DNA of 64,000 bases from an uncultured delta proteobacterium (GCA_963845145.1 CAWJQU010000017.1:32001-96000), one strand, 5' to 3'; positions 1 to 11,803 are shown, numbered from the stretch's first letter. The notes: generated by a model from the sequence alone, not told the origin. Numbers and translations: made by a program.

Positions 1-238
1 TAAAAAATATTACCGGGTCGAGCGTTCACAGATTGCCTATCTACGGTTTATTTTTGAAGCCTATGATGGGCTGGCCAATATTACCACTTTGGATGCCGCT
101 TTGGGAATGATCGTATTGCGGATTGCCCCTGGTCGTGAATCAACGGCCAAAGCGGTTATCAGCGATCTGCAGAAAACCATCCTAATTGAGCCCGAAACCA
201 TGAATGTGCATCAAGTTCAACCCGGGGTCGTGTCATGA
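1..238 (+). CDS. DUF4911-like small protein, 5' partial
   Basis: Frame starting at base 2 is open: KKYYRVERSQIAYLRFIFEAYDGLANITTLD..., ending TGA 236-238 overlapping the miaB ATG (ATGA). Not in the ORF track because the start lies outside the window. Confidence 0.7.
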   Translation, partial: KKYYRVERSQIAYLRFIFEAYDGLANITTLDAALGMIVLRIAPGRESTAKAVISDLQKTILIEPETMNVHQVQPGVVS

Positions 239-1650
239 ACCCTGATAAAACGGTTTATATTCAGACCATCGGATGCCAGATGAATGTGTACGATTCCGAA
301 CGAATCGAGGCACTCCTGCGCCCAATCGGCTATCGTGCGGTCCAATCAGCAAACCTGGCCGATCTGATCGTTGTCAACACCTGCGCCATTCGGGCCAAGG
401 CTGAACAGAAACTTTACAGCCTTTTGGGCCGTCTGGCACCGCTTAAAACCCGGAATCCCGATTTGATTCTGGCCGTGGGGGGGTGTGTGGCCCAGCAGGA
501 GGGGGCCGCCATGCTTTCCCGTGTGCCTGCACTTGATCTGGTTTTTGGAACAGATGCCCTCGAACGGTTGCCGGTGCTGGTGGAAAAGGTCGCCCTTAAA
601 AAGGCTCGCATGGTGGATGTGGGGCCGCGTGAGCCCAATGGGGATGGGGATGGGGACGATCGAAAAGCGACCCCACCCGCCGATGAAAATGGGGTCAGCC
701 GGTTTGTCACCATTATGCGCGGGTGCGATAACTTTTGTACCTATTGCGTTGTGCCGTATGTGCGCGGTCGTGAAATCAGCCGCCCACCGGAACGGATTAT
801 TACGGAAATAGAGGGGTTGGTGGCCGCCGGTGCAAAGGAAGTGACCCTGTTGGGTCAAAACGTTAACAGCTATGGCAATAAAGAGGGGTTGGCGTCCTTT
901 TCCGAACTGCTTGAGCGGGTGAATATGGTTGACGGGTTGGAACGCATCCGTTTTACGACATCGCATCCCAAAGATCTGTCCGATGATTTAATTGCGGCAT
1001 TCGGACGCTTAAAAAAACTGTGCCACCACATTCACCTTCCCGTGCAGTCAGGCGCCGATGGGGTTCTTCATCGCATGAATCGTAAATACACCCGTGCCCA
1101 TTTTGTCGAACGGGTGGCTCGCTTGCGGGCAGCCTGTCCGGAGATTGCCATTTCATCGGATATCATTGTGGGGTTTCCCGGGGAAACCGAGGACGAGTTT
1201 CAACGAACCCTCGACCTGCTTGAAAAGATCCGCTTCGACAGCTTATATGCCTTCATGTACTCCGACCGGCCCAATGCAGCGGCGGCCCATTTTAACGACA
1301 AATTGCCGGACAGGGAAAAATCGCGCCGGTTGCAATCCGTTCTGGCGCTTCAGCAGCAGGTGACCCATGAGAAGCATCAGGCACTGGTTGGTACGGAACA
1401 AAAGGTTCTGGTGGAAGGGTACAGTGACGGAGGCACAACCGGGAAGTCCCAGTGGAATGGAAGAACATCAACATTTAAAATTGTCAATTTTCCATGTTCC
1501 GGGGGCCAACCGGCCGGTGAGGCCGATTTAACCGGAACCCTTGTTACGGTGCTTGTTACCAAAGGTTTTTCGCATTCCCTGTTGGGGGAACCTGTGACAC
1601 CGTCATGTGCCACCATCAGCCGAAAAGGAGTCCACAGCCGTGCAGCATAA
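235..1650 (+). CDS. miaB: tRNA-2-methylthio-N6-dimethylallyladenosine synthase MiaB
   Basis: GCQMN and NTCAIR N-terminal motifs, radical SAM GCDNFCTYCVVP, RFTTSHP, C-terminal TRAM-like region. Confidence 0.95.
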   Translation: MNPDKTVYIQTIGCQMNVYDSERIEALLRPIGYRAVQSANLADLIVVNTCAIRAKAEQKLYSLLGRLAPLKTRNPDLILAVGGCVAQQEGAAMLSRVPALDLVFGTDALERLPVLVEKVALKKARMVDVGPREPNGDGDGDDRKATPPADENGVSRFVTIMRGCDNFCTYCVVPYVRGREISRPPERIITEIEGLVAAGAKEVTLLGQNVNSYGNKEGLASFSELLERVNMVDGLERIRFTTSHPKDLSDDLIAAFGRLKKLCHHIHLPVQSGADGVLHRMNRKYTRAHFVERVARLRAACPEIAISSDIIVGFPGETEDEFQRTLDLLEKIRFDSLYAFMYSDRPNAAAAHFNDKLPDREKSRRLQSVLALQQQVTHEKHQALVGTEQKVLVEGYSDGGTTGKSQWNGRTSTFKIVNFPCSGGQPAGEADLTGTLVTVLVTKGFSHSLLGEPVTPSCATISRKGVHSRAA

Positions 1651-2134
1651 AGCCACCATCGCCGGATTAACCATCGATTCGGAGTCCAATACACCCATTA
1701 TCATTTTGAAGTCAGAAAAGACCGACCAGGCGGTTCCCATCTGGATCGGGCTTTTAGAAGCCACCGCCATTGCCTCGGCTCTAAAAAAGGTCAATTTCGA
1801 TCGCCCCATGACCCACGATCTTTTTAAAAACCTGGGCGATCGTCTGGATATTGTTGTCTCGAAAGTTGAAGTTTGCGATATTATGGATAACACCTATTTC
1901 GCGCGCATACATTTTCTTTCCAAAGATGAGGCTTTCAGCATGGATGCCCGCCCCAGTGATGCCATCGCCATCGCCCTGCGCTTTGATGCACCCATCTTTT
2001 TGGATGACAAGGTGATTGAAAAATCCCAGATGTCCATGACTGAAAAACCTGAGGTTGCGGATAAAAGCGAGGATGGTAAAAAATGGGCCGAGTACTTAGA
2101 AAGCCTCGACCCGGATGATTTTGGTAAGGTGTAA
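1640..2134 (+). CDS. Bifunctional nuclease family (DUF151) protein
   Basis: PIWIG.LEA.AI, RPMTHDL and DARPSDAIAIALR motifs; likely GTG start at 1640 after AAAGGAG. Confidence 0.85.
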   Translation: MQHKATIAGLTIDSESNTPIIILKSEKTDQAVPIWIGLLEATAIASALKKVNFDRPMTHDLFKNLGDRLDIVVSKVEVCDIMDNTYFARIHFLSKDEAFSMDARPSDAIAIALRFDAPIFLDDKVIEKSQMSMTEKPEVADKSEDGKKWAEYLESLDPDDFGKV

Positions 2135-2207
2135 GATATTGGTCTTAAGAGCGCATTACTATTTTATTGATACGTTGAAAGGGAATAGCGCGCTTTTCAT
2201 TTGACCG

Positions 2208-3185
2208 CTATACCTCTTTTTTCTGGTCTTCAATCACAGCTTTCAAGATCGCTTCCAGATCGGTAGTAGGGTCAAATCCAATCATTTTCCGTATTTTATC
2301 AATTCCCGGAACCCGTCTTTGCATATCCTCAAAATCTTTTCCAAATGCTTTGTTATACGGTACAAAGGCAATGGATGACGTTGAACCGCAAAGCGCCTTG
2401 ATCTTTTCAGCCAGATTTAAAATGGATACTTCTTCCGTTCCCCCAATATTGATCACCTCACCCGGCGCATGTTCATGGCCCATGAGCCCTAAGAGGGCAT
2501 CTACAACATCTTTCACGTAGGTAAAGGTCCGGGTCTGAGTGCCGTCGCCGTAAACAGTGATGGGCTCATTGGCCAGGGCCTGGGAAACAAATCGAGGAAT
2601 TACCATGCCGTAGGCCCCGGTTTGGCGGGGGCCCACAGTGTTAAATAGCCGTGCGATGATCACGGGCAGGCCATTGGTGCGGTGATAAGCCAGGGCGGTG
2701 AATTCATCCATCAGTTTGGAGGCGGCGTAGCTCCACCTGAATTTGCTGGAGGGGCCATAAATAATATTGTCCGATTCCACTAAGGGGGCATGCAGGTGTT
2801 TTCCGTACACTTCGGATGTGGATGCGATGAGAACCCGTTTTTTAAATTTATCGCACAGGCCCAGAACATGTTCCGTTCCTTGTATGTTGGTGTGAATAGA
2901 TTCCAGGGGGTTTTCAAGTATATAACGAACGCCAACCGCCGCGGCCATGTGAAACACGACATCACAGGTTCCGATTAATTCCAGAATCGGCTCTTTACTC
3001 AGAATGGAGTCAATATGGATGAAAAGTCGGTTTTTATATTTTTCGTCGGCCTGCAGAGGGTCCAAATTTTTCATGGATCCGGTGGAAAGGTCGTCGATAA
3101 TATAAACGTCATCACCTCGGTCTAGACAGGCCTCGGCCAGGTGAGAGCCGATAAACCCTGCCCCCCCGGTGATTAATACGCGCAT
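2208..3185 (-). CDS. NAD-dependent nucleotide-sugar epimerase/dehydratase (extended SDR)
   Basis: TGGAGFIG, ASTSEVYG, YAASK, RLFNTVGPRQ. Confidence 0.9.
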   Translation of the reverse strand: MRVLITGGAGFIGSHLAEACLDRGDDVYIIDDLSTGSMKNLDPLQADEKYKNRLFIHIDSILSKEPILELIGTCDVVFHMAAAVGVRYILENPLESIHTNIQGTEHVLGLCDKFKKRVLIASTSEVYGKHLHAPLVESDNIIYGPSSKFRWSYAASKLMDEFTALAYHRTNGLPVIIARLFNTVGPRQTGAYGMVIPRFVSQALANEPITVYGDGTQTRTFTYVKDVVDALLGLMGHEHAPGEVINIGGTEEVSILNLAEKIKALCGSTSSIAFVPYNKAFGKDFEDMQRRVPGIDKIRKMIGFDPTTDLEAILKAVIEDQKKEV

Positions 3186-3329
3186 GCTCACCTCTTTATA
3201 TTATAAATTAAAATGTTATGTGTAGTCGTTTAAGTAAAACCTTAACGAGTATTCGTTCAATATTTAAACGGCAATAATTTCGTGGCATAATGATAGCCAC
3301 ACGCTCTATAGGATGGATTACCTGAAAGA

Positions 3330-3599
3330 TCAATCGGATTTGGTAAGTTGCGGATCATCTTTTAAAAACAGGCGATGGTATTCACTTTCGGCCAGATGCG
3401 ACTTCAAAAGACCGGAAAGGCTGAAAAAGAGATCTTTCAACGCTTCATCTTCCATGCGTGGCAACAGGGTCGTTAACAGGGCATCGTCCGATATCTTTTG
3501 CAAATAAACCATAACCGTTTTTTCGTTGGTTTCCCGGTCCAGGCCAAATCCGATCAGGCCGTCATACTCTTCGACGAATCGATGTGTGTGCTGTGACAT
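3330..3599 (-). CDS. Small conserved cytoplasmic hypothetical protein
   Basis: 89-aa ORF with a plausible RBS; resembles a small family seen in Desulfobacterota (H.FVEEYDGLIGFGLDRE...EYH.LFLKD). Confidence 0.6.
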   Translation of the reverse strand: MSQHTHRFVEEYDGLIGFGLDRETNEKTVMVYLQKISDDALLTTLLPRMEDEALKDLFFSLSGLLKSHLAESEYHRLFLKDDPQLTKSD

Positions 3600-3806
3600 T
3601 GTCTTTTTTCCTGTAGCCGAACGAACGGCTTTGTTTCAAATATGATCGTTTGAGTTTTATGGTAGATAACGCAAGGTCTGAAAAGTCTCTTGATTGTACG
3701 GGTTAAAAAAACGATATAGGCCATTCGTCCGGATGAATAACCTCGTTGCGGATGTATCGCCAATGGAATATAGCAGCAAGAAACCGAAATAATATACGAT
3801 CACCCC

Positions 3807-3835
3807 TTGACACGCACCGGAACAGGTTGTATTTA
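3807..3835 (+). promoter_or_regulatory. Putative sigma70 promoter of rho
   Basis: TTGACA-17 nt-TATTTA about 300 nt upstream of rho. Confidence 0.4.
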
Positions 3836-4141
3836 AACTGTTTAGAACAAGAAAACAACTCTCGCAACCGAGCAGACATCGTTCCTCTAAATTGATACTT
3901 CACGGTACAAGTAAAATCCTCCAAACCGACAACCTAAACGTGAGTTCAAATTCAAGATATTGATTCGATATATGCCCGCTGCCATCGAGATCATCGATGC
4001 CCCCCGGCGTCAGTATTTTCCAGGATACCGGCTATTTTTATCCGCATCCGTTTTTTTCCAGCTATCGTCCTTTAAAAATATCGGTTTTAATGGTTCACAT
4101 AATTAAATTTCACAGTCGAAATGGCGCACAGGAGACCCAGA

Positions 4142-5389
4142 ATGAACATTGTTGAGTTAAAGGAAAAGAGCATTAAAGAGCTGGCCCAAATGGCCAAGAA
4201 GTTGAAAATCGAAGGGGCCGGCGGCATGCGTAAGCAGGAGCTCATCTTCACGCTTTTACAAAAACAGATTGAAACCAATGGGATGATTTACGGAGAGGGG
4301 ACGCTGGAAATCCTGCCCGACGGATTCGGCTTTTTGCGTGCGCCCAATTCCAACTACCTCCCAGGGCCGGATGATATATATGTCTCTCCGTCACAGATTC
4401 GGCGCTTTAATCTGCGAACCGGGGATACGGTATCGGGCCAGATTCGACAACCCAAGGAGTCTGAACGATATTTCGCCTTATTAAAAGTGGAAGCCGTTAA
4501 CTATGAAGATCCCGATATTGCTCGGGATAAAATCCTGTTTGATAACCTGACGCCTCTCTATCCGGAACGCAAAACAAACCTTGAAACCGATCCGGAAAAT
4601 TTTTCCACCCGTATCATGGACCTGATGATTCCCATCGGATTCGGGCAGCGGGCCTTGATCGTTTCGCCGCCGCGATCCGGAAAAACCATGTTGTTACAGG
4701 CTGTTGCCAACGCCATTATCGAAAGCCATAAAACCGTTGTCCCGTTTGTGTTGCTCATCGATGAACGGCCCGAGGAAGTGACCGATATGGAGCGAACCGT
4801 GGATGCGGAAGTGATTAGCTCCACGTTTGACGAGCCGGCCGAAAGACATGTGCAGGTGGCCGAGATGGTGATCGAAAAAGCCAAGCGGCTGGTGGAGCAT
4901 AAAAAAGACGTGGTCATCCTGCTGGACAGTATTACGCGTCTGGCCCGGGCTTATAACTCTGTCATGCCACCCAGTGGAAAAATATTGTCCGGTGGTGTGG
5001 ATTCTAACGCCCTGCAACGGCCAAAGCGCTTTTTCGGTGCCGCCAGAAATATTGAGGAAGGGGGTAGCTTGACCATCATTGCCACCGCCTTGATCGACAC
5101 CGGCAGTCGCATGGATGAAGTGATCTTTGAAGAGTTTAAGGGAACGGGCAACATGGAGATCCAGCTGGATCGCAGATTGGCAGACAAACGGGTATTCCCG
5201 GCGTTTGATATCAAGAAGTCGGGGACGCGTAAAGAAGAGCTGCTCTTAGACGAATACGTCCTCAATCGTGTCTGGATCTTAAGAAAACTTTTATCGACAT
5301 TGAGCCCTGTGGATGCCATGGATTTTATGCTCGACAAGATGAATTCGACCAAGACCAATGCCGAGTTTCTGGAATCGATGAATACGTAG
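4142..5389 (+). CDS. rho: Transcription termination factor Rho
   Basis: [20 protein letters not shown], Walker [29 protein letters not shown] 4142 after AGGAG. Confidence 0.98.
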   Translation: MNIVELKEKSIKELAQMAKKLKIEGAGGMRKQELIFTLLQKQIETNGMIYGEGTLEILPDGFGFLRAPNSNYLPGPDDIYVSPSQIRRFNLRTGDTVSGQIRQPKESERYFALLKVEAVNYEDPDIARDKILFDNLTPLYPERKTNLETDPENFSTRIMDLMIPIGFGQRALIVSPPRSGKTMLLQAVANAIIESHKTVVPFVLLIDERPEEVTDMERTVDAEVISSTFDEPAERHVQVAEMVIEKAKRLVEHKKDVVILLDSITRLARAYNSVMPPSGKILSGGVDSNALQRPKRFFGAARNIEEGGSLTIIATALIDTGSRMDEVIFEEFKGTGNMEIQLDRRLADKRVFPAFDIKKSGTRKEELLLDEYVLNRVWILRKLLSTLSPVDAMDFMLDKMNSTKTNAEFLESMNT

Positions 5390-5426
5390 GCATGGGTGTA
5401 AGCTATGTTTGTTTTTGGAGTGCGAC

Positions 5427-5456
5427 TTGACAGATAGGGTTAGATGTAAATATACT
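5427..5456 (+). promoter_or_regulatory. Putative sigma70 promoter of rpmE
   Basis: TTGACA-18 nt-TATACT. Confidence 0.6.
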
Positions 5457-5500
5457 TATATGTTTAAATCATTCATTGTGACTTTTGTGATGGAGGAAAG

Positions 5501-5716
5501 ATGAAAGCAAAAATTCACCCGGACTATTTCGATACAACCGTTACCTGTGCCTGCGGTAATGTTATCGAGATTGGGTCCACAAGAAAAGACATACGTGTTG
5601 AAATCTGTTCGAAATGCCATCCGTTTTTTACCGGTAAGCAAAAGTTGGTGGACTCGGCCGGTCGAATCGAACGATTTAAGAGAAAATACGCCAAGTTTCA
5701 ACAAGAGTCTCAATAA
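5501..5716 (+). CDS. rpmE: 50S ribosomal protein L31 (Zn-binding type)
   Basis: [26 protein letters not shown]. Confidence 0.97.
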   Translation: MKAKIHPDYFDTTVTCACGNVIEIGSTRKDIRVEICSKCHPFFTGKQKLVDSAGRIERFKRKYAKFQQESQ

Positions 5717-5723
5717 GTTTATT

Positions 5724-5766
5724 ACCGGCTGACGGCGCCTGTTTAGGCGGTATCAGCCGGTTTTTT
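5724..5766 (+). terminator. Intrinsic terminator/attenuator after rpmE
   Basis: ACCGGCTGA...TCAGCCGGT stem followed by a T-run. Confidence 0.7.
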
Positions 5767-5800
5767 GTATTTTAATCCCGTCTATAGGGGCCTTAGCGTC

Positions 5801-6898
5801 ATGTTCGACAAATTAAAAGGCGTGGAAGATCGATTTGTTGTCATCGAAACACGCATGAGTGATCCTGAGGTTGTCCAGAACCGTGCGGCTTATGAAGCAT
5901 TGAGCCGAGAGCATGCCGAGTTGGGCCCTATCGTCGAAATTTACCGCAACTATCTGCAAAACCAAAAAGCCCTGGCCGACAGTCGGGAGCTACTAAGCGA
6001 AGATGACGAAGAGATGCGCGCCCTGGCCAGGGATGAGATTACACATCTTGAGGAAGAATCCCAGCAACTGACCGAAGCTTTGAAAAAACACCTGGTGCCC
6101 AAAGATCCAAATGATAGAAAAAATGTCATTGTGGAAGTACGGGCCGGTACGGGTGGTGATGAAGCCGCGCTTTTTGCAGCGGAATTGTTTCGTATGTATA
6201 ACCGCTTTGCCGAAAATATGAATTGGAAAGTGGAGTTGATGGGTGCCAGCGCAACAGGTGTCGGTGGTTTTAAGGAAGTCGTCATGATGGTCCACGGTAA
6301 GGGCGCCTATAGTCGATTCAAATTCGAAAGCGGTACCCATCGTGTCCAGCGAGTACCCGTCACCGAAGCGCAGGGGCGGATTCACACCTCTGCTGTTACC
6401 GTCGCGGTTCTACCCGAAGCCGAGGATGTGGATATCCATATCGATCCCGGCGATATCAAAGTGGATGTATACCGTTCTACAGGACCTGGCGGCCAAAGCG
6501 TTAATACCACCGATTCGGCTGTGCGCATTACCCATTTGCCGACCGGCCTGGTGGTCACTTGCCAGGATGAAAAGTCCCAAATCAAAAACAGAGCCAAAGC
6601 GATGAAAGTGTTGCGGGCACGGCTTCTGGATAAAAAAATTCAGGAAGAAAACGAAAAAAGGGCTTCGGAGCGCAAAAGTCAGGTGGGGAGCGGTGACCGA
6701 AGCGGTCGCATTCGAACATATAATTTTCCCCAGGGGCGGGTCACCGACCATCGTATCGGTCTCACCCTTTACAAACTGGAACAAATCCTTCAGGGCGATA
6801 TCGACCAGATCATTGATCCCCTGGTGGCCTATCATCAGGCCCAGGCACTTCAACATTCCCCCGACGCCAGTGAAGACCGGACACAAGACACCCCATGA
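5801..6898 (+). CDS. prfA: Peptide chain release factor 1
   Basis: PVT anticodon motif (RVPVTE), [19 protein letters not shown]. Confidence 0.97.
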   Translation: MFDKLKGVEDRFVVIETRMSDPEVVQNRAAYEALSREHAELGPIVEIYRNYLQNQKALADSRELLSEDDEEMRALARDEITHLEEESQQLTEALKKHLVPKDPNDRKNVIVEVRAGTGGDEAALFAAELFRMYNRFAENMNWKVELMGASATGVGGFKEVVMMVHGKGAYSRFKFESGTHRVQRVPVTEAQGRIHTSAVTVAVLPEAEDVDIHIDPGDIKVDVYRSTGPGGQSVNTTDSAVRITHLPTGLVVTCQDEKSQIKNRAKAMKVLRARLLDKKIQEENEKRASERKSQVGSGDRSGRIRTYNFPQGRVTDHRIGLTLYKLEQILQGDIDQIIDPLVAYHQAQALQHSPDASEDRTQDTP

Positions 6899-7766
6899 CG
6901 AGTGGACGATCCTGGCGCTGATCCAATGGACGGCGGCCTATTTTAAGTCTCACCGGATCGACAGCCCCCGATCAACCGCCGAAATTCTTCTGGCCCATGT
7001 TCTCGGCGTTTCTCGCATTGAACTTTACATGCGGTATGATCAGCCCTTAAATCAGAACGAGCGGAACCAGTACAAGAAATTGATTCGGCGCCGCAATCAA
7101 AGAGAACCGGTGGCTTATATTGTGGGTGAAAAAGAGTTCTGGTCAATACCAATGTATGTCAATCATGACGTTCTCATTCCACGCCCGGAAACAGAAGGCC
7201 TCGTTGAGCTAACCCTGGGCGCTATCCCCGAAAATTCCAAAAACACGCCTTACCGTATCCTGGAACTTGGCACCGGATCCGGGGCCATTATTTGTGCATT
7301 GGCCGCCCATCGCCCCCAGCATCTCTTTGTCGCCTCTGATATTAGCGCGAGGGCTCTGGCCGTAGCCGACCGCAACCTTAGCCGGAATGTGCCGGATACG
7401 TCGGTCCGTCTAATCTGCAGCGACCTGTTTTCAGCGTTTCACCCCCAACTGGCACGTTTTGACATTATCGTTTCCAATCCCCCCTATATCGCCACGGCCG
7501 ACATTAATGGCCTTGAGCCGGAGATTACCCGGTATGAACCGCACAAGGCCCTGGACGGCGGTACAGACGGCCTGGCAATATCGGCGCAGATTATACAGAC
7601 GGCTCCAGCATATCTTAGGCCTGGAGGGGTGTTAATGCTTGAGATCGGGCACGATCAATTTCAAAGCCTGCGGTCGATAGCCTCACAAAGGGCCGGTTTT
7701 GAACAGGTAACGGTCCAAAAGGATTTTAGTGGGCTTGATCGCGTCATGCGCATGGTTAAACCTTGA
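6870..7766 (+). CDS. prmC: Release factor glutamine methyltransferase
   Basis: [21 protein letters not shown]; follows prfA; start uncertain (in-frame GTG at 6870). Confidence 0.93.
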   Translation: MKTGHKTPHDEWTILALIQWTAAYFKSHRIDSPRSTAEILLAHVLGVSRIELYMRYDQPLNQNERNQYKKLIRRRNQREPVAYIVGEKEFWSIPMYVNHDVLIPRPETEGLVELTLGAIPENSKNTPYRILELGTGSGAIICALAAHRPQHLFVASDISARALAVADRNLSRNVPDTSVRLICSDLFSAFHPQLARFDIIVSNPPYIATADINGLEPEITRYEPHKALDGGTDGLAISAQIIQTAPAYLRPGGVLMLEIGHDQFQSLRSIASQRAGFEQVTVQKDFSGLDRVMRMVKP

Positions 7767-7878
7767 ATATTCGAAGGAAACGATCAGAGAATGGGTCTTT
7801 TTAGAACCGGCAGGGCATTTTTTTTAAAAAATGATTGCGTCTGATTAAATCAATTGTTATTATTCCAAGGTTTATAAT

Positions 7879-7975
7879 TCACACGCCTTTTGAATGTCGG
7901 AACCGGGTGCTTTACCTCTTAGATGGGTTAAAAAAGGTAAAGTCGGTTCAGGGTCTATGAAGGCGGAGGCTAAAA
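7879..7975 (+). ncRNA. rpsB leader (t44 / S2 autoregulatory element)
   Basis: CACAC...CCGGGTGC[CTTTACCT/AGGTAAAG stem]TCGG...GGAGGC directly upstream of rpsB, matching the t44 pattern. Confidence 0.7.
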
Positions 7976-8001
7976 AAACCCAAATTAAAGGAGTTAGAGA
8001 G

Positions 8002-8919
8002 ATGGCAGCAAGCATTACCATGAAAGAGCTACTGGAGTCAGGCGTTCACTTTGGTCATCAGACCAAGCGCTGGAATCCGAAAATGAAACCTTACATTTTC
8101 GGCGCACGCAATGGCATCTACATTATCGATCTGCAACAAACCGTTCATATGTTCAACCGGGCCTATGACTTTATCACGGATTTGGTTTCGAACGGCGGTA
8201 CGGTATTGTTTGTGGGCACGAAAAAGCAAGCACGGGAATCTATCTATGAGGAAGCCAACCGGTGCGAAATGTATTATGTGCATAATCGCTGGCTGGGTGG
8301 CATGTTGACCAACTTTCAGACCATTAAAAAGAGTATCAACCGTTTAAATCATTTAAACGATATTGAAAACGACGGATCGATTAACCTTTATCCAAAGAAA
8401 GAGCGGCTGTTGCTGGGCAAGGAGCGCCAAAAGCTGGACGCCAACCTGGGTGGGATCCGCAACATGACCCGGGTACCCGCTGCCGTGTTTATCATCGATC
8501 CAAAAAATGAAAATATTGCCGTGCTTGAAGCCAGACGGTTGAATATTCCCATTATCGCCATTGTCGATACCAATTGCGATCCTGATCTGATCGATTACAT
8601 CATTCCGGGCAACGATGATGCGATTCGAGCTATTCGACTGATCTCTTCCAAAATTGCCGAGGCATGCATCAAGGGCCGGGAACGAATGGCCGAAAAAGAA
8701 CAGGCGGCTACCGATAAGGCTCAAGAAGTAGAAAAGACCGAAGTCGTAACGGTCAGCGCGGACTTAAAACCCGGTGAGCGCAAGGTTATTTCGGAAGGCG
8801 GCAAAGGGCCAGTGGTTGAAGTGATCAAACGATCCGCCACAGGGGTACCCGACGCCGTGTCGGAAGAAGTCTCGGCAGCACCTGAAAAAGCCGGCGAAGA
8901 GCCTGAACCGGAAGTGTAA
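8002..8919 (+). CDS. rpsB: 30S ribosomal protein S2
   Basis: [34 protein letters not shown]; long acidic C-terminal tail. Confidence 0.98.
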   Translation: MAASITMKELLESGVHFGHQTKRWNPKMKPYIFGARNGIYIIDLQQTVHMFNRAYDFITDLVSNGGTVLFVGTKKQARESIYEEANRCEMYYVHNRWLGGMLTNFQTIKKSINRLNHLNDIENDGSINLYPKKERLLLGKERQKLDANLGGIRNMTRVPAAVFIIDPKNENIAVLEARRLNIPIIAIVDTNCDPDLIDYIIPGNDDAIRAIRLISSKIAEACIKGRERMAEKEQAATDKAQEVEKTEVVTVSADLKPGERKVISEGGKGPVVEVIKRSATGVPDAVSEEVSAAPEKAGEEPEPEV

Positions 8920-8991
8920 GTAAAACTTATTTATTTTTATGAACGACGGATCGATGCGGTCTCAGACGTTTAGGAATCAGGAGAGAAGAAA

Positions 8992-9588
8992 ATGTCAGAA
9001 ATAACAGCAGCAATGGTAAAACAGCTCAGGGAGAAATCCGGGGCAGGCATGATGGATTGTAAAAAAGCCCTGGTTGAAAGCGACGGTGATATTGAAAAGG
9101 CGATCGAATATCTTCGTAAAAAAGGGATCGCCACAGCTCAAAAACGGTCCGGACGCTCTTTGTCCGAGGGGACCATCCAGACATATATTCACATGGGCGG
9201 AAAGCTTGGGGTCATGGTCGAGGTAGGCTGCGAAACCGACTTCGTAGCTAAAAACGAAGACTTTGTTGCCTTTGCCAGAGATATCGCTATGCATGTGGCC
9301 GCCACCAATCCGGTGGGCATTGCTCAGGATGATGTTCCCAAGGAATTGATTGACAAGGAGCTTGAGATTTACAAAAGCCAGGCCCTTGATATGGGAAAAC
9401 CGGAAAATATCGTGGATAAGATTGCCGAGGGTAAACTCGGTAAATTTTTCAAAGAAAATTGCCTGCTGGACCAGCCATTTGTGAAAGACCCCGACAAAAC
9501 AGTGGGGGACCTTTTAAATGAGTTGATTGCCAAAATTGGTGAAAATTTATCCATTAAACGTTTTGTCCGTTTTCAGGTAGGAGAGTAA
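8992..9588 (+). CDS. tsf: Elongation factor Ts (short form)
   Basis: [21 protein letters not shown]. Confidence 0.97.
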   Translation: MSEITAAMVKQLREKSGAGMMDCKKALVESDGDIEKAIEYLRKKGIATAQKRSGRSLSEGTIQTYIHMGGKLGVMVEVGCETDFVAKNEDFVAFARDIAMHVAATNPVGIAQDDVPKELIDKELEIYKSQALDMGKPENIVDKIAEGKLGKFFKENCLLDQPFVKDPDKTVGDLLNELIAKIGENLSIKRFVRFQVGE

Positions 9589-9595
9589 CAGACCC

Positions 9596-10321
9596 GTGAC
9601 CGATCCAAAATACAAACGTGTCATGCTCAAACTGAGCGGCGAGGCCCTGATGGGTGATCAACACTTCGGAATAGATCCGGATACCATTCGGTATGTCGCC
9701 GAAGAAGTGAAAACCGCCTGCGACTTGGGGATCCAAATGGCCCTGGTGGTTGGGGGAGGTAATATCTTTCGTGGTGTTGCCGCGAGTTCCTTTGGAATGG
9801 ACCGGGCGTCGGCCGATCATATGGGTATGCTGGCCACAGTGATCAACAGCCTGGCACTACAGGATGCGCTGGAAAGGGCGGGAGTAACGACTCGCGTTCA
9901 GACGGCCATATCCATGCACGAGTTGGCCGAACCCTATATATTGCGCCGGGCGGTTCGCCACCTTGAAAAAAACCGGGTGGTAATCTTTGCCGCCGGTACA
10001 GGCAACCCTTATTTTACGACCGATACGGCTGCAGCGTTGCGTGCTAATGAAATTCAAGCCGATGTGTTTTTAAAGGCTACCAAGGTGGATGGACTATACA
10101 ACAAGGATCCGGTCAAGCATGCCGATGCCACTTTTCTGCGGCAGGTGACCTATATGGAAGTTCTTGAGAAACAGCTGCGTGTAATGGACTTGACCGCCAT
10201 ATCTTTGTCCATGGAAAATGAGTTACCCCTGGTGGTATTTAATCTCAATACGCCGGGAAATATTCGTCGGGTTGTTTGCGGCGAAGCGGTCGGTACCCGG
10301 ATTGATAATAATCTGAAATAA
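9596..10321 (+). CDS. pyrH: UMP kinase
   Basis: [31 protein letters not shown]. Confidence 0.97.
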   Translation: MTDPKYKRVMLKLSGEALMGDQHFGIDPDTIRYVAEEVKTACDLGIQMALVVGGGNIFRGVAASSFGMDRASADHMGMLATVINSLALQDALERAGVTTRVQTAISMHELAEPYILRRAVRHLEKNRVVIFAAGTGNPYFTTDTAAALRANEIQADVFLKATKVDGLYNKDPVKHADATFLRQVTYMEVLEKQLRVMDLTAISLSMENELPLVVFNLNTPGNIRRVVCGEAVGTRIDNNLK

Positions 10322-10410
10322 TTTGTGGTAGATGGGTCAGGTGCGCCATTGGATACCGGAGGTGACAGTCACTTGACCCCGGCGTTTATGTTGCAGCGAG
10401 GATAAATCCA

Positions 10411-10968
10411 ATGCTTAACGATCTGTATGAAGAAACCCAAAGCGAAATGGAAAAGGCCGTCATTTCTTTAAAAAAGGAACTGGACCGTGTTCGCACGGGC
10501 CGGGCTTCTTTGACCCTTATGGACGGCATTCGTGTTGATTACTACGGCACTTCAACCCCATTAAATCAAATGGCCACCCTGGGTGTCCCGGAAAGCCGCC
10601 TGATCACCATCCAGCCTTGGGATGCATCGGTGATCAAGGATATCGAAAAAGCCATCCTGGCGTCGGATCTGGGGTTAACCCCTTCCTCGGATGGGAAGAT
10701 GATCCGAATTGCCATCCCGCCTTTGACTGAAGACCGGCGTAAAGAATTGGTCAAGCGTGTGAATAAAATCTGCGAAGACCATAAAATCGGTGTTCGCAAT
10801 GTCCGGCGGGACTCCAATGAAATGATCAAAAGCTTTAAAAAAGATGGCGATATCGCCGAGGACGATGCCTTTAAGGCCAATGACGCGGTTCAAAAAATCA
10901 CAGACGATTACATTAAAAAGATCGACATGATCTACACGGAAAAAGAGAAAGAAATTCTTGAATTCTAA
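10411..10968 (+). CDS. frr: Ribosome recycling factor
   Basis: RTGRA, VDYYG, PPLTEDRRKEL, VRNVRRD. Confidence 0.97.
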   Translation: MLNDLYEETQSEMEKAVISLKKELDRVRTGRASLTLMDGIRVDYYGTSTPLNQMATLGVPESRLITIQPWDASVIKDIEKAILASDLGLTPSSDGKMIRIAIPPLTEDRRKELVKRVNKICEDHKIGVRNVRRDSNEMIKSFKKDGDIAEDDAFKANDAVQKITDDYIKKIDMIYTEKEKEILEF

Positions 10969-11701
10969 TCCCGCCGTCAATTCTGCGCACATCGATCGGT
11001 TGCCCATGCCTGCCCATGTTGCTATTATCATGGATGGTAACGGTCGGTGGGCCAAGAAGCGTTCGTGGCGAAGGGTTCAGGGGCATGAGAAAGGGGCTGA
11101 AACCGTACGCACCATTGTTCGTGCCAGCCGGGAAGCGGGTATCCGTGTATTGACGCTTTACGCCTTTTCCACGGAGAATTGGCAACGGCCTGAAAAAGAA
11201 GTCAAAGCCTTGATGCGCCTGTTGAAGAAATTTTTAAAAGCGGAAGCAGCGGAAATGGTGGAAACCAATATCTGTCTGGAAGCCATCGGCCAGGTAGAAC
11301 GCCTGCCGGAGGATGTCGCCCGGGAGCTGGCCCGGGTGCGCCAACTTACCGCTGCGAACGATGGCATGCGCCTTAACCTGGCATTGAGCTATGGCGGGCG
11401 GAGCGAGATTGTTCGCATGGTTCGTCATCTGGCAGCGCAGGTTGCTGCCGGGAAAACGACGACCCAAGATATCAACGAAAGACTGGTATCAGATCACCTC
11501 TATACCGCCGGCCAGCCTGATCCGGATGTATTGATTCGTACAAGTGGCGAGATGCGTATTAGCAATTTTTTGCTGTGGCAGATCGCTTATAGTGAGATAT
11601 TCGTAACCGATACCTTGTGGCCCGATTTTTCAAAAGAGGAATATCTCTCTATTCTGGAGGCCTACCGGCGCCGGGAGCGTCGTTTTGGTAACGCAAATTA
11701 A
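10958..11701 (+). CDS. uppS: Undecaprenyl diphosphate synthase
   Basis: HVAIIMDGNGRWA, YAFSTENWQRP, IRTSGEMRISNFLLWQ. Confidence 0.97.
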   Translation: MNSNPAVNSAHIDRLPMPAHVAIIMDGNGRWAKKRSWRRVQGHEKGAETVRTIVRASREAGIRVLTLYAFSTENWQRPEKEVKALMRLLKKFLKAEAAEMVETNICLEAIGQVERLPEDVARELARVRQLTAANDGMRLNLALSYGGRSEIVRMVRHLAAQVAAGKTTTQDINERLVSDHLYTAGQPDPDVLIRTSGEMRISNFLLWQIAYSEIFVTDTLWPDFSKEEYLSILEAYRRRERRFGNAN

Positions 11702-11803
11702 TTAGCTCGGCCTGCCAGTCGGTCAACTGTTGGCCGGCCGTGCCGATCGAACCAGCGGTCGATGGTTCCAACGGCCGACTGGCTGAACGGCAGACTGGAG
11801 AAT

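Noticed and set aside
637..660. GGGGAT hexamer repeats in miaB (GDGDGD)
   Set aside because: Short in-frame repeat in a variable linker; no sign of function.
8992..9588. EF-Ts looks truncated (198 aa)
   Set aside because: The short EF-Ts form is a known natural variant in several bacterial lineages.
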